DNA of 64,000 nucleotides from Lineus longissimus (Eukaryota): NCBI RefSeq assembly GCF_910592395.1, contig NC_088308.1, positions 248,001 to 312,000 of the forward strand, read 5' to 3'. Shown piece by piece: positions 50,801 to 61,325 of this stretch (position 1 is its first letter; each line of letters starts with the position of its first letter). The notes under the pieces were generated by a model. It saw only the letters and a program-made list of their open reading frames with translations, ran no database searches and was not told where the DNA came from. The position numbers and the translations under genes were made by a program.

Positions 50801-53800
50801 ATCAGTGACACGTTAAAGTGCTTTCTCAGCAGCACTTACCTCTACAGTAAGAATACTGTTTGTTAGACATGGTCTTCATGCCTTTGAGCTTGGACTTCTT
50901 ATTCGTGTTCAAATGGCAGAGTCCACGCATCATGGTCCAGCTGCGGCAATGGTGCTCTTTAGTACACATCGCCTGGCAGGAGGCACTGGTCACGTGCTTT
51001 GCCGATTCATACACATTGAACCATGCACTACCTTTAAAAGGAAAAACAAGCAGAAGTCTCGAATTGATGGGATTTCGTATCCGCTACTTGGAACCAATTA
51101 CTATTTATGAAGAAGGTGCCAGGACAACTAGTCGAAGCATCACGAATAGACACAAATTAAAGTGACATCCAGCCTGATTTTAAGCATTTCCATTGTTGGG
51201 CGCACCTAGAGGTTTGTCAAAATTCTCCATCTAAAATGACAAGCAGTGAATAGGTGACGATGGTGAATAGGTGATGATGTGTCATACACTTGGCCACTGG
51301 ATTTTAAAACTAGCTGATGATGCCACGGTACCATTGACAAACATCACCTTGTCAGTATACTTACAACCAAGCGAAGCGTCATGCGGCGTTCCTAGACGAG
51401 AGGAAAAGCATCAAAGCGTCAGAAATACAGTTGTACTACTACCATAAGAGGCTACTTAAATAAGTGCATGCCCAAGAGAAAATCAAAATCAATGGATTAT
51501 TGCCATAAATCGCTTTGACCTTCCATCAACCACTTTACGTACACATACGATACTCCGGTGTGGACGTGTTGCACTTGACCTAAGAGGTAAGAAGCAGCTG
51601 TGGTATAGTGGCTCGCGGTGGAATAGTGACTAGAGGTCAAGAAGTCCCTTGTTCGATCCCAAATGTGGGCGTAAGACTCTTGGCAGGTACCTTCATTGGA
51701 CTTGCCCAGCTCCACCCAGGTGCATAACCGATATCCGTCAGAAGTGCTTAGGTTGTAGCGCTGGTTGAGCAGTTCATATAACGTCTACTGAAAGGTTTCA
51801 GTGTAGGCCGGTGTTAAAGTGTTAAGTCGAATCATAACTTATATATCGAAGTTGATATCTCCCTATAAAACAACAACTGTTCTTACCAGTACACGGTTTA
51901 TGGCTGCAGGGTAGGAAGGTGCCGTCCGCTGGTTTGGCCACCGAGTGGTCAGTCTTGAACTTACACAACCTCAGGCTACACAGTTTATGGACTTGGATGT
52001 AGTAAGCTGCGACGCAGTACTTGGTTTTGGAACAAGCTTCCTCGCAGTCTTCGATAGCATGGACAGTCTTGTGAAATTTCGTCTCAAGTCCAGTTTCTGT
52101 AAAATGCGAATTGGAATGAGTCATATCAAAAATCTCATCTGGCCCTCCTTAATAATTATTAATCATTTAAAGTCCGCCAATGTTAGACCGAGTACGATGA
52201 ATAGAAACACCTCAATGTATGGAAGATGATCTTACTTTTAGCATCATGTTATGTAACTCAAATAGTCAAAAAATGAACTGTATGTTCTTTTGCAGCGCTT
52301 TATATTGTGTCCATTAATTCACAGTCATTCATTCGTTTGTTATACGGTTTGAAAAACTCACTTGCGTTACATCTGTACATGTGGTAAGCTCTTCTTGCTG
52401 CAAAGACAAAGATTTACATAATACTGGACAACAAGAAAAGAGGGAGGTAGCGCCAGCTCTTGGAACACATTGGGCAGGGGATTTAACTAGCCAGGTGGAT
52501 TATACCATTGCTTGCCACCATTGAACGGAAAGTAACACGGTACTCATAGAAGATGGACATTCTTCATTCTATATACCAACAAGGTTATTTAGCAAAAACT
52601 CACCAGAGCACCAGAGCTGATAAATATTTAAAAAATCTAACTATATAAAAGTATGCGTAAGATGTCATTTCATCTCATACTTACAGTAACGAGGCTTGCA
52701 AAGTACCGTTCCTTTCATTTGCTTCAACTCTGGCGATGTTGTGTGGCAACGAGCAGTGATGAAACACGTATTGTCCATCAGTGTCCATCTGGTACACTTG
52801 TGTTTGTACTTCACTTTCCCTAGCTTCATGCACAAGGCCTTGCATCCCGTGTTAGTCTTTATCTTGTGGGACTCTAGGACGTTCAACCCTTTCTTGTAAC
52901 CTTGTTATGAAGCGAACAAAATGTTGGTTTGTGGTAAAGATCTACATTCAAAGCCGATATATAGGAAAATTTAGCATTTCCGCACGGTGAGGAATCATCC
53001 CGTATGATTCAGGGATGGATTGATGAGGCATACATGGCTGGCTGGCGCAAGCAATGGCATTAGATCTTGCAATTAATAGTTTGTTATCCTCTCCTTTTCT
53101 AAGATCAGTTTCACATCGGTATTCTCGAAACCATTTTCACAACCCTGGATGTTTGAATAAACGTGGAGGTGTCATTAAGCATATCTTGCGCTGGCGTTTA
53201 ACATTGAAAATGGGTAGAGTTTTATTGTTACAGTGTGCTCTCACCAACATGACCATGTCATCATTCGTATCATTCTATATCTTAGTATTATAACCACTTC
53301 ACGTGGCAGTGTCAGAATCCTGATATTACGCTGCCACTTACATTTCATTTTGTAGCCGGCATCGGCATCCTGCGGCCCTGAGAATGAAATGAAAGCCATC
53401 ATTAGTATGAAGAGACAATTGGGGATATTTCTCGTCAAACAACAGGCAGAACAGTTTGTTCATTTCTATCTATCGACTTTTTTTAGAAAGAACGTTTAAA
53501 GACACACTTTTATGTTCTTGTTAATTTGGGTTAAATATGATGACGACATGTACGAACAGGGTGTGGTTGTTCAAAAGAAGATAACTCTAACGGGATCGTT
53601 AAGTTTTAACGGGCGTTATCTCTTCCAGTTGAGCCCATTAGACTAAAAGCCGAGTTGTAGTTACTGCCAAGTTAACTAACTTGTTTTGAACAACCAAACC
53701 CTGATCGTCAACATGTTGCTGTTTTGTTATATACATGTGTAGTTCCATCTCTTCTATGATATTCATCCTCCGACGAAAGAGGAAGACGATTAAGAATAGA

Positions 53801-54055
53801 AGTTACATGCATCTTCAATGTTATTCCATTGTGAGGAGTAACTTATAACTAAGGTTTAAGCAAGTTGGCGTTTTTGCCAGCTTTTTTATACACTGGATAC
53901 ATGTACGTTATCGACCTCGTGTCACCAGCAACGCAGCTCGACGACTGTTGAAAAACTGGCTTGTGAGGAGAGCAATTGAAATTACCGGGCGTTATGTACT
54001 TACAATATAAAAGGAGCAGGGCCGCAACTATTCCTAAATGTACAATCTTCGTCAT
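17801..54055 (-). CDS. Large secreted Lys/Cys-rich protein (~1,970 aa) with 24 tandem PAN/apple-like modules (12 A-B pairs); ~51 exons, all introns phase 1
   Basis: Signal peptide exons 54004-54055 and 53342-53377 (MTKIVHLGIVAALLLLYWPQDADAGYKMK). A exons: 52685-52900, 50840-51031, 48582-48785, 46594-46797, 43715-43909, 41836-42033, 29233-29430, 27594-27791, 25958-26155, 24183-24380, 21542-21736, 19566-19775. A-to-B microexons: 52362-52397, 50497-50523, 48179-48205, 46278-46301, 43367-43387, 41484-41501, 28881-28898, 27242-27259, 25607-25624, 23750-23770, 21149(or 21143)-21166, 18895-18915 (possibly also 19112-19132). B exons: 51887-52096, 49564-49773, 47523-47735, 45440-45643, 42668-42871, 30064-30267, 28426-28629, 26787-26990, 25152-25355, 22223-22426, 20524-20724, 18443-18652. 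Linker exons: 51365-51391, 49281-49316, 47005-47031, 45009-45086, 42298-42363, 29694-29759, 28056-28121, 26417-26482, 24706-24765, 21938-22027, 20172-20231, 18123-18155. All have GT/AG ends and join stop-free. The last exon is ambiguous (acceptor at 17803 or 17664). The PAN/apple call rests on cysteine spacing (C..CxxxC-x4/5-C..C..C). Confidence 0.85.
19812..20064. repeat. 12-bp tandem repeat (tggcatccactg / tggaatccactg), ~21 copies, intronic
   Basis: Directly visible. It produces the spurious DATV/STVA/WHPL ORFs and ends ~37 bp from the acceptor of exon 19566-19775. Confidence 0.95.
22629..23544. repeat. 34-bp minisatellite, ~27 copies, intronic
   Basis: Unit tttctatcaggctcagtagcaacaa(t/c)cgtagcca. 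Confidence 0.95.
30324..41291 (+). mobile_element. Head-to-tail array (8 full units of ~1.36 kb plus a 248-bp partial) of a non-coding, Helitron-like non-autonomous element, inserted in an intron
   Basis: Unit starts at 30324, 31683, 32876, 34243, 35601, 36969, 38327, 39685 and 41044. The array begins A|TC. Each unit has a near-palindrome (gttctcgtcacgtcatgagcac) 9 nt before CTAG|T, and the array ends at that motif (CTA|T). No clear TSD compared with the uninterrupted paralogous introns. No transposase ORF. Confidence 0.7.
31447..31529 (-). other. tRNA-derived Pol III-like segment followed by oligo-T, present in all 8 array units
   Basis: Minus strand GCCTGACGGTTCAGCGCTAAATGTGTTTGACTGTGGAGCGGCTGGTCACGGGTTCGACCCCCGGTGAATCTGGCGCAC then TTTTTTTT (majority form). 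Clear B box GGTTCGA, weak A box; acceptor and anticodon stems do not pair. Confidence 0.55.
44072..44260. repeat. Mixed 19/22-bp tandem repeat (acctctccgagcatctgtc and variants)
   Basis: Directly visible; intronic. Confidence 0.85.
44733..44985. mobile_element. MITE with (C)AGTGGAACCCCGGT terminal inverted repeats (Tc1/mariner-pogo-like ends)
   Basis: Left end tagtggaaccccggtaac; right end gttaccgggg...accggggttccactg|ta. Related right ends occur at ~56580-56686 and ~13985-14013. Confidence 0.65.
47185..47448. repeat. 27-bp minisatellite, ~10 copies, intronic
   Basis: Unit catgttatgagtgggtgaagcgtcg(g/t)t. Confidence 0.95.
51594..51800 (+). mobile_element. tRNA-derived SINE (A box, B box, conserved-domain-like body)
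   Basis: A box tggtatagtgg, B box gttcgatccc, then tgcccagctccacccaggtg, which resembles the conserved central domains of metazoan SINE superfamilies. Confidence 0.6.
53557..53703. mobile_element. Short MITE with 20-bp terminal inverted repeats
   Basis: cagggtgtggttgttcaaaa ... ttttgaacaaccaaaccctg. Confidence 0.7.
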
Positions 54056-54109
54056 GGTGGGTTCCTCACAACTCCCAACCAAGAAAGTGGCGTCCGACGA
54101 CGCAGTAGC

Positions 54110-54119
54110 TTTTTAAATA
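54110..54119 (-). promoter_or_regulatory. Candidate TATA box of the PAN-repeat gene
   Basis: Minus strand TATTTAAAAA ~55-65 bp upstream of the ATG at 54055, which has an ACCATG context. Confidence 0.45.
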
Positions 54120-55745
54120 ATGCTGCTCTTCGGTTTAGTGTAATGCAGTAATGGACCATGAGTTTTTGATGGCATCACCCTAGGCTAGGATCTTGCATTC
54201 GACCTTTATTGTCCATTAAGATATTGACAAATAAAGTTTGTTTGTTCCTGAAACAGCAATTTTCTACTTGGTTTAAATTGCCTTAATGGACGAAAAGCTG
54301 ATTGCAAGAAGTTTATTTTAAAGTGATACTTCTGCAGTCCAGTTCCCATCCAGAATGGCAGAGGGTAGTTATCTAAATTACAACGCTAAAACATTCTGCT
54401 GATGAGTGTTACTGTCGAGGTTGACAGAGCTGCAATATTTTGCCCAAACAACTACTGTCCCGGGCCGTCACCTAATTATCTTATGGTTTAATAACAACTG
54501 AACATCGTTGATTTAAAATCTGATTTAAATTTCTTAAGGGACAACTTTACTGAGATATTCTAAATCTTCTTCAAAGCATACTGTTCCATTAAGATGCAAA
54601 ACCAAATTTTCTTTTCAAATGGTATTCTCGGATCTCTTGTCAAAAGTAGTTGTTCTATCCTCCTGGCCACAATACATATTCAGTTGATATTTGCGCTCTG
54701 AAAGCCAAACAGATAAGCAACAAGATAATTGCAATGTCCTTAAAAGTCAGCAAATCGCCTGACTTTGAGCTGGCTTCACTTGGTCAGGTCACAAAGTTGA
54801 CATCGCCTCAGGATTGAGCCATTCTAAGGAAAGTCACAAACCCATTACCCATCTCTCCATAGATAACGACGTCAATGGTTATCATGAAAGCCTTTTAAAA
54901 TCATGAATGATATTGATAAGAAGCAGGTATTCTGGTATATTCCTGGTACACATTAGTTATTCTTGGATGGGTAAGTCTGGCCTCTGGGCTTGTACACAAA
55001 CTGTGTGGCTTTGACAGACCCTGGAATAATTTATCTCATGTTATTGGCCTTCCATTGGTTAGCCTTCTTTGCAGCAGCGTAACTGCGTCGTTACGTGACA
55101 GTCAACGCAGGTTGTACTGTATCACCTGCATATCGAAAGTGGTTTGAGAGACCGGCCGGTGGCGCCCCAGTTTCTAAAGGTTTTGTCATTGTGGCGTTTT
55201 GAAGAACTAGTTGTGTGTGATGTGTACGGGTTTCTTCATCGACACATGTTATTATTATTAAAGAGAATATTGCGATGTTCCATATTTTTTGCGATCAATC
55301 TTCTGATTCGAGGCCATTGACCTGGAGGTCAACATAGGTGGCCATTTTGATGGCTTAGTTCTGGAGATTTAATATCCTTGGTTTATATTCTTGGCCACTC
55401 GGCACAAAACAGCCGTGATGGGGTCCACTTTCGGTCACAAAGCCTCGGAAGGATATGTATCTGGCTTATTGAGGTGTGGTCGAAAATCACCTTCACAAAG
55501 TGTATGTTCCAGCTCTTTTGTCCCTAGTTGGGCAATTTTGGAGCGGTTTGCCGAACCTGGTGTGTCAAAGGTGACACCTCTTACCATCACAGAACACATT
55601 AGATGCATTTAGAGTATAGAGTCCTTCCCTCGGTCTCTACCAACAGACAATATGATATCAAGTTGGAACATTCCATGCACCAGGCGTCCGGGTTCTAGTC
55701 AGGTCTTATCGCGGGCTGGGGGAGCCACCGTCATGGTTTGTATCG

Positions 55746-55898
55746 GTGGTTAAGTATGGCTCTCCAGTCTCAGGATTTTTCTCAGTTGCTTCCTCAGTTT
55801 GTAGCAAAGGGAATAAATGACCTTGCTTGTTTCACATGCAGTTAGAAACATAACGAGTAGAGAAAAACCCAGAGACTGAAAATCCATACTAAGCCACC
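55746..55898. mobile_element. MITE-like element with ~38-bp imperfect inverted repeats
   Basis: ggtggttaagtatggctctccagtctcaggatttttctc pairs with gagaaaaacccagagactgaaaatccatactaagccacc. Confidence 0.55.
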
Positions 55899-56559
55899 AA
55901 CCAAACCGCTTTCATTCTACTTGTCATTTCATCACATTCTCAGCATATAATTCAGTTCTCAACTTCATATCATCATACCGCGTCAAAGATGCTGTTTTTC
56001 TTCCATCTTATTGATGAAAAATGACTTTTCTGAGGGTACCTCGTATGTCCTTGACTAGTCGGCTCTCCTTCATCTTCTCACCAACGACGGGAATCTCATG
56101 CGTCCGTGGCGTCTTGGAGCCCATGACCTAGTGTGACGTCGTAGCAGGCTGTGTTCACGTCGGATCTTACAGGGTGATATAGCTTTTCGCCATTTCGCCA
56201 TCAGTGGTGCTCGTTTGATAGTTGGGTTTTTTGTGCTTTTAATGACTATTTGTGATCCGATTTGGAGACCAATGGATACATGAGGAGTAACTTGAGAGTA
56301 AGTCCAAATTTTTTTTACTTGTTTTTTTCCCTGCTCAATGAAAGTGAATTGCAGTTTATTAGTTTTCAACAGATAGTAACTGCCTGTACAAAAGTTTTCA
56401 TATGGATTCTCATGATAGCCACTGTCATCAAGAGAGAGCTTTGCGCCGAGGTGTTAATTGCCGGGTAATTGGAGACGCGATCTCGACCGATTACGGCAAT
56501 CAGTCCCTTTGGTCGGGTTAGAGGGGTGATTTGGTCATTGGGACCAACCAATCCAGTGG

Positions 56560-56686
56560 TCGTGGTCTGGGTACCGGGGTGGTCGTGTTACCGGGGGCCT
56601 TGTTATGGTAATTAGAGAGGAGACCATTCGGGACCGGCGATTCTTGGTCGTCATAGCGGGGTGGTCGCCGACCGGGGGTCCACTGT
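56560..56686. mobile_element. MITE fragment related to 44733-44985
   Basis: Right end ggtggtcgccgaccgggggtccactg|ta; left TIR not found. Confidence 0.45.
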
Positions 56687-58936
56687 ACTTTGATAATCAA
56701 TACTGTTGTGGAATATCCATTATGGAGTTGCAGCGAACTTAGCAATGCCACTGTAAATTGGCTGTTTGAGAAAGATAACAGTTCTATCTGGAGAGACGTG
56801 TAAACGCTCAAAAAAAGGAACTAAAAACGGATCAAACTGCGTACACATTTGTGCTGTAGGTGAGATATTTGTACATCTTGCATCGACATCCCAAGAACAG
56901 AATTACAAGAACAGATTATAAACCATGGAGATAAAATAGATCTTTTGGCATCTTTGCAAGACTTATTTCAACACAGTAGGATTACATGCAAAAACATTAA
57001 CGGTATCGGCAACTTCTCAAGATTCCTCCATGGCATCATCTGTTGTTGCCAGCAGCAAGTTCAGAAAAATAGGCACCCACACAATGTCGAATTGATGCGC
57101 TCTGACTGATCCGTGGATGAATCGGCGTGTGTAATCTATCAGTAATGGGTTGGTTCTTTTATGGGTTTATCTCGGTAAACGATCAGGACAGATCCCATCT
57201 TGGGGATTACACTCTGACAGGGAGAAGTCCCCTGGTTATCACTGGCAGAGGAGGTTCGGTTTTCTTGGTATTTGAGCTGTCATTAACTTAACTCTCGATT
57301 CTTCGGAAGGATCATGCGCTTTCACCATTACACAGGGAATAGTTACCCTCCCAAATAGTGGAAATTGTTGCGCTCACAAAAACACATAAACAAAATACGA
57401 TGACAATGAATAACTCTTTCTCCATCCTAGTCTATTAGAAATCACCGATCAGCGAATGGATAATCAGGTTGTGCCCCGTATCCTAGCTCAACAGATATTT
57501 AAGCTTCACATGTAGGCACACTTTATTTGATCCCACCTCAGATCTATTTTGTCAATTAGATCTGCCGAAAACGAGGACAATTGACGATTCGTCTTTGATA
57601 ATGGAGACATAAAGGAACCTTGCGAGAAGGGAGGGTTTACAGAGGCCGGTCAAAGAAGTAATTAACTTGGTATCGCCACAGGTTCAAAAGGGGAAGGATA
57701 TGGCTTAGGTATTGAGTTCATTAAGAAGGCTCGGGATCTACTTGATAAACCTCTGACAGCTAATGATGAGCTAATCTGTAGAAAAAGAGCTTCGATTGCT
57801 CTAAGCGAGATGACCTAACCGTCTTCACGAAAAGTGAGAGAAGAACAATATGTTTTCATCTTTGTATCGTTAACGCCGTTATCGAGTTAAGGTTCATATC
57901 CGGTGTAGGTATCTTCCGCCATACTATGTTCACTCTCACTTTACAATACCACCATGAATATGCAATGCATGTTCCAGTAAGAGTCGCCTATCAATGCTGC
58001 ACAAGGTAGAATTCCGAACTACAACGAAATAATATCCGTTTAGCACAAACATATCAGCGGATGCCATGAATAAGTTCTTTGTGATCAGACACAACGAAAG
58101 CAATTTCCATTTATTTTCCCGGAGCATCCTTCATTTGCTGGGAGGGTAATTCTATCTCTGAAGTAAATGTATAAAGTGACTTTGGTGCGTCTTCTTTCCA
58201 AAAGTAGTTTGACACGAGAAAGTCATTGATGTGACAGCTAATCTGCTGATCTCATAGGCGCTAAGAGATTGCGACACCAATTTCTACATTCTACACAGTT
58301 TTTGTTCCAATCAGTCTTGAGACCTGTTTGACAAGTTAATCGCATTTTTTGGGTTCACTATGTTCGACCTCGTGTCAGTGACATCCAGGACAAACGAGCA
58401 CAGATTAATAGTCAACAGCAGCTGACCTTATGGGGACAACAATGCCGATCTGTCGGCTCAATGTACGGGGAGTGATGGAACGCTTTAAGACGACATGTTG
58501 TTTAGGGAAGTTTGAGAGAGAAAGAACATGTTACCAAATTCGGTAAGATAACGTTGAAGATTAAGAATTTGAAATGGTCCATTCTGGACCAGACAAACAA
58601 CTCCAAAATGAGATTACCTTGGCTTCCTTCAGAATGCTCGTTCGGCATCTGACCTTCCTTACGTCCACGTCAAACGTCTTCCTCGCTCTCTTATCTTATT
58701 GGTTTTTCTATTGATTATCTGTCAACATTATAAAAGAGCAACCCCACGCGTAATCATTGTCTCGTCAAGGGTAACAACAGACATGGGAATCGGCATTCAA
58801 CTCGAATTGTACCACCTTTAGTAAGAGTAGTCTTTCATATCGATGTGGCATTTATGGTAGATGACATGGGTTTTATTTTTCTAAATTATTTTCTGATTCT
58901 TCGTTAAGATCGGTTAATTTTCAAGGCATGTCAGGT

Positions 58937-59944
58937 CTACGATGAAAACTTACATTGAAGGATGTTCAAGAAATCCAGACGGAACCGCCGACCACATACA
59001 CAGTAGAGGAAAAAGTTAATAGCATAGTTTGCCGTACTAATAAACGTAGCAACTGTGTGTGAAAAGAACCTTAATTTTAGTTGATAAGCATTCAAATCGC
59101 CTTGAAACAGGGGTAGAATTCTCCAAACTGTGGTTTGCACCATGTAAGGGAACGATAGCGCAAGAAAAATGAGTGTCACGGCTACAACCATTTTCATCAC
59201 CATCATGGCGTCATTCGTTTGTGTTGTTTGTGACGTCATCATTACTTTATTGACCTTTCTGTTTTGCAATTCGTATGAAATTGTTACGTTGAATGATAGA
59301 ATGAGTAGGAATGGTATGAAGATCCATACAACCGTTTGTCCGGTCTCATACCCTGCTTTTACATTAGAAGGCATGTCAATGATACAATACCATACATCGG
59401 CTGCCCCTGGTTTCTTTCCAGATAGTCCTGCTGGCAGGGACCAAGCAGCACAGACAAGAGAAAGAACCAGAAGGTAACACTTCGCTGCCTGGGATGTGCA
59501 CCAAAGAACTGCTTTTAGTGGAAATACAACTGCAACAAACCTTGTAAAGGTTATCACAACTATTATCCAGTTTGACATGTTAACGGCGAAGTACGCCTCA
59601 AATGTGAAACAGCCACAGAATATGTCCCCGAACACTCCAATCAAAATTTGCATTGCATCTCCAAAATATATGCCAATTGCGATCAAGTTCAATGTATCAA
59701 ATATTGCTAGAGTTTTGAGAAAGAAACAATTAGGATTGTTCCTGTAACACGGTTTGGACAATATGATCAGGACCAGCATATTATTGAAACACCCCAATAC
59801 GACCAAGGTTGGACTTAAGACTCCATTGATGATTCGTATAATAGTATCCAGTACAGGATAGCTTTCTTGATTGGGAATTTCCGGGCCTACTTTTGTAAAG
59901 TTATCTCGAAAAAGAGGAGAAAAGGGCGAAGAAGAAGATTCCAT
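58937..59944 (-). CDS. Intronless class A (rhodopsin-like) GPCR, FMRFamide-receptor-like / peptide-receptor-like
   Basis: 7-TM ORF. TM1 LGCFNN, TM2 LAIFDTLNL, TM3 SNWIIVVITFTRFVAVVFPLK, TM6 FLALSFPY, TM7 NYAINFFLYCVCGRRFR. Start placed at MESSS (ATG 59942-59944) by alignment to the paralog. Confidence 0.9.
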   Translation of the reverse strand: MESSSSPFSPLFRDNFTKVGPEIPNQESYPVLDTIIRIINGVLSPTLVVLGCFNNMLVLIILSKPCYRNNPNCFFLKTLAIFDTLNLIAIGIYFGDAMQILIGVFGDIFCGCFTFEAYFAVNMSNWIIVVITFTRFVAVVFPLKAVLWCTSQAAKCYLLVLSLVCAAWSLPAGLSGKKPGAADVWYCIIDMPSNVKAGYETGQTVVWIFIPFLLILSFNVTISYELQNRKVNKVMMTSQTTQTNDAMMVMKMVVAVTLIFLALSFPYMVQTTVWRILPLFQGDLNAYQLKLRFFSHTVATFISTANYAINFFLYCVCGRRFRLDFLNILQCKFSS

Positions 59945-60344
59945 GTTAATGTGTTTGTCAGGCAGACATCGAGTCCATGCAGATCGTTGATAGACATCGC
60001 CTTGGTGAACATAAAACAACTAAAATAGCTCTGCTTAGAGATGTTATTTTCATTTCGTACGGATTGATAGTAACTGAATCTTTTATAATCGATGATATAT
60101 TTTGCTCGTTATGACTACCCGGTATTTTGATTTTACAGCGTGATGGCAAATATAGTTCTGAAGCATACAGTGATGAATTCGATTTCTCATGTTATTATTT
60201 TGAAGGATCTCCAAGAAATCCTTGCGAAGTCGCTGACAAGAGGACGTTGTTTGCAACGCCATTACTATTGGGTTTTCCTTTCCATATTTTGTATGGAAGA
60301 GATATGGTCAAATTCCCTTTTACATGTTGTACGAACCGTTCACC

Positions 60345-61325
60345 TCATGAGGACCACTTACACAGAAAGGTGTTCAGAACATCCTGTCGAAACCGCCGAC
60401 AACATACACAATAAAGAAAAAGGTTAATGGCATAATTAGTGGCACTGATGAACGTGACAACTGTATATGAAAATAGCCTAAGGTTTGCTTGATAGTAACT
60501 CAGCTCTCCGAACAGGGGTAGAATTCTCCAAACGGTGATCTGTAGCATGAAGGGGAAGGTCAGCATGAGGAAAATTAATGTCACTGCTATAACCATTGTC
60601 ATAACCATCATGTCGTCCTTGTTCTGTATGAGTTGAGAGGACATGATCTTTCTAGTGGATGTTTCTTTTCGTAATTTGTATGAGATAGACAAGTTGAGCG
60701 ATGTTATGAGTAAGAACGGTATAACTATTGTCGCCAGGCTTTGTCCAGTCTCGTACACTGCAGCATTAGGCATGTCAATTAAACAGTACCAAACGTTCAG
60801 CGTCCCTGGCGGTGGTGCCTTTGCGTATATGCCCGCGGGCAGGGACCAAGCAGCACATGCAATGGAGAGACCAAGAAGGTAACACTTCGCTGCCTGGGGC
60901 GTGCACCAGAGAACAGCTTTTAGTGGAAACACAACTGCAACAAACCTTGTAAAGGTAATCACAACTATTATCCAGTTTGACATGTTAACGGAGAAGGACA
61001 TCTCGAATATGAGAATGCCACAGAACATACTTCCAAATAACTTGATTAAGACCTTCATGATGTCTCCAAAAAATACACCAATCGATATTAAATTCAAGGT
61101 ATCAAATACCGCCAGACACGTAAGAAAGAAGCAGCTAGCGTTGTTCCTGTAACGCGGCTTGGACAGTATTATCAGAACCAACAGATTGTTGAAACACCCG
61201 AATGCCACTAAACATGGATTGAGAAAATCGTTGATGATTCGGATAAAGTCATCAAGTGCAGGATATGCCTCTTGGTTTATATGTACATAAGCTGTGGAGA
61301 GGTTACCTTGTGAAGGAGACTCCAT
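60345..61325 (-). CDS. Intronless class A GPCR, tandem paralog of 58937-59944
   Basis: 326-aa ORF with the same motifs (FGCFNN, LAVFD, ITFTRFVAVVFPLK, NYAINLFLYC) and an N-terminal NLS sequon. Confidence 0.9.
   Translation of the reverse strand: MESPSQGNLSTAYVHINQEAYPALDDFIRIINDFLNPCLVAFGCFNNLLVLIILSKPRYRNNASCFFLTCLAVFDTLNLISIGVFFGDIMKVLIKLFGSMFCGILIFEMSFSVNMSNWIIVVITFTRFVAVVFPLKAVLWCTPQAAKCYLLGLSIACAAWSLPAGIYAKAPPPGTLNVWYCLIDMPNAAVYETGQSLATIVIPFLLITSLNLSISYKLRKETSTRKIMSSQLIQNKDDMMVMTMVIAVTLIFLMLTFPFMLQITVWRILPLFGELSYYQANLRLFSYTVVTFISATNYAINLFLYCVCCRRFRQDVLNTFLCKWSS

Noticed and set aside
2278..54055. Functional coupling of GGCX with the neighbouring Cys-rich secreted protein as a Gla substrate (conotoxin-like system)
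   Set aside because: Adjacency only; the protein is Glu-poor and no propeptide recognition sequence is evident after the signal peptide.
57000..58900. Possible decayed coding or transposon sequence
   Set aside because: Only short stop-interrupted frames with no motif I can recognise.
59945..60019. N-terminal extension of the 360-aa GPCR ORF
   Set aside because: Non-ATG start; the paralog begins at MES, matching the ATG at 59944.
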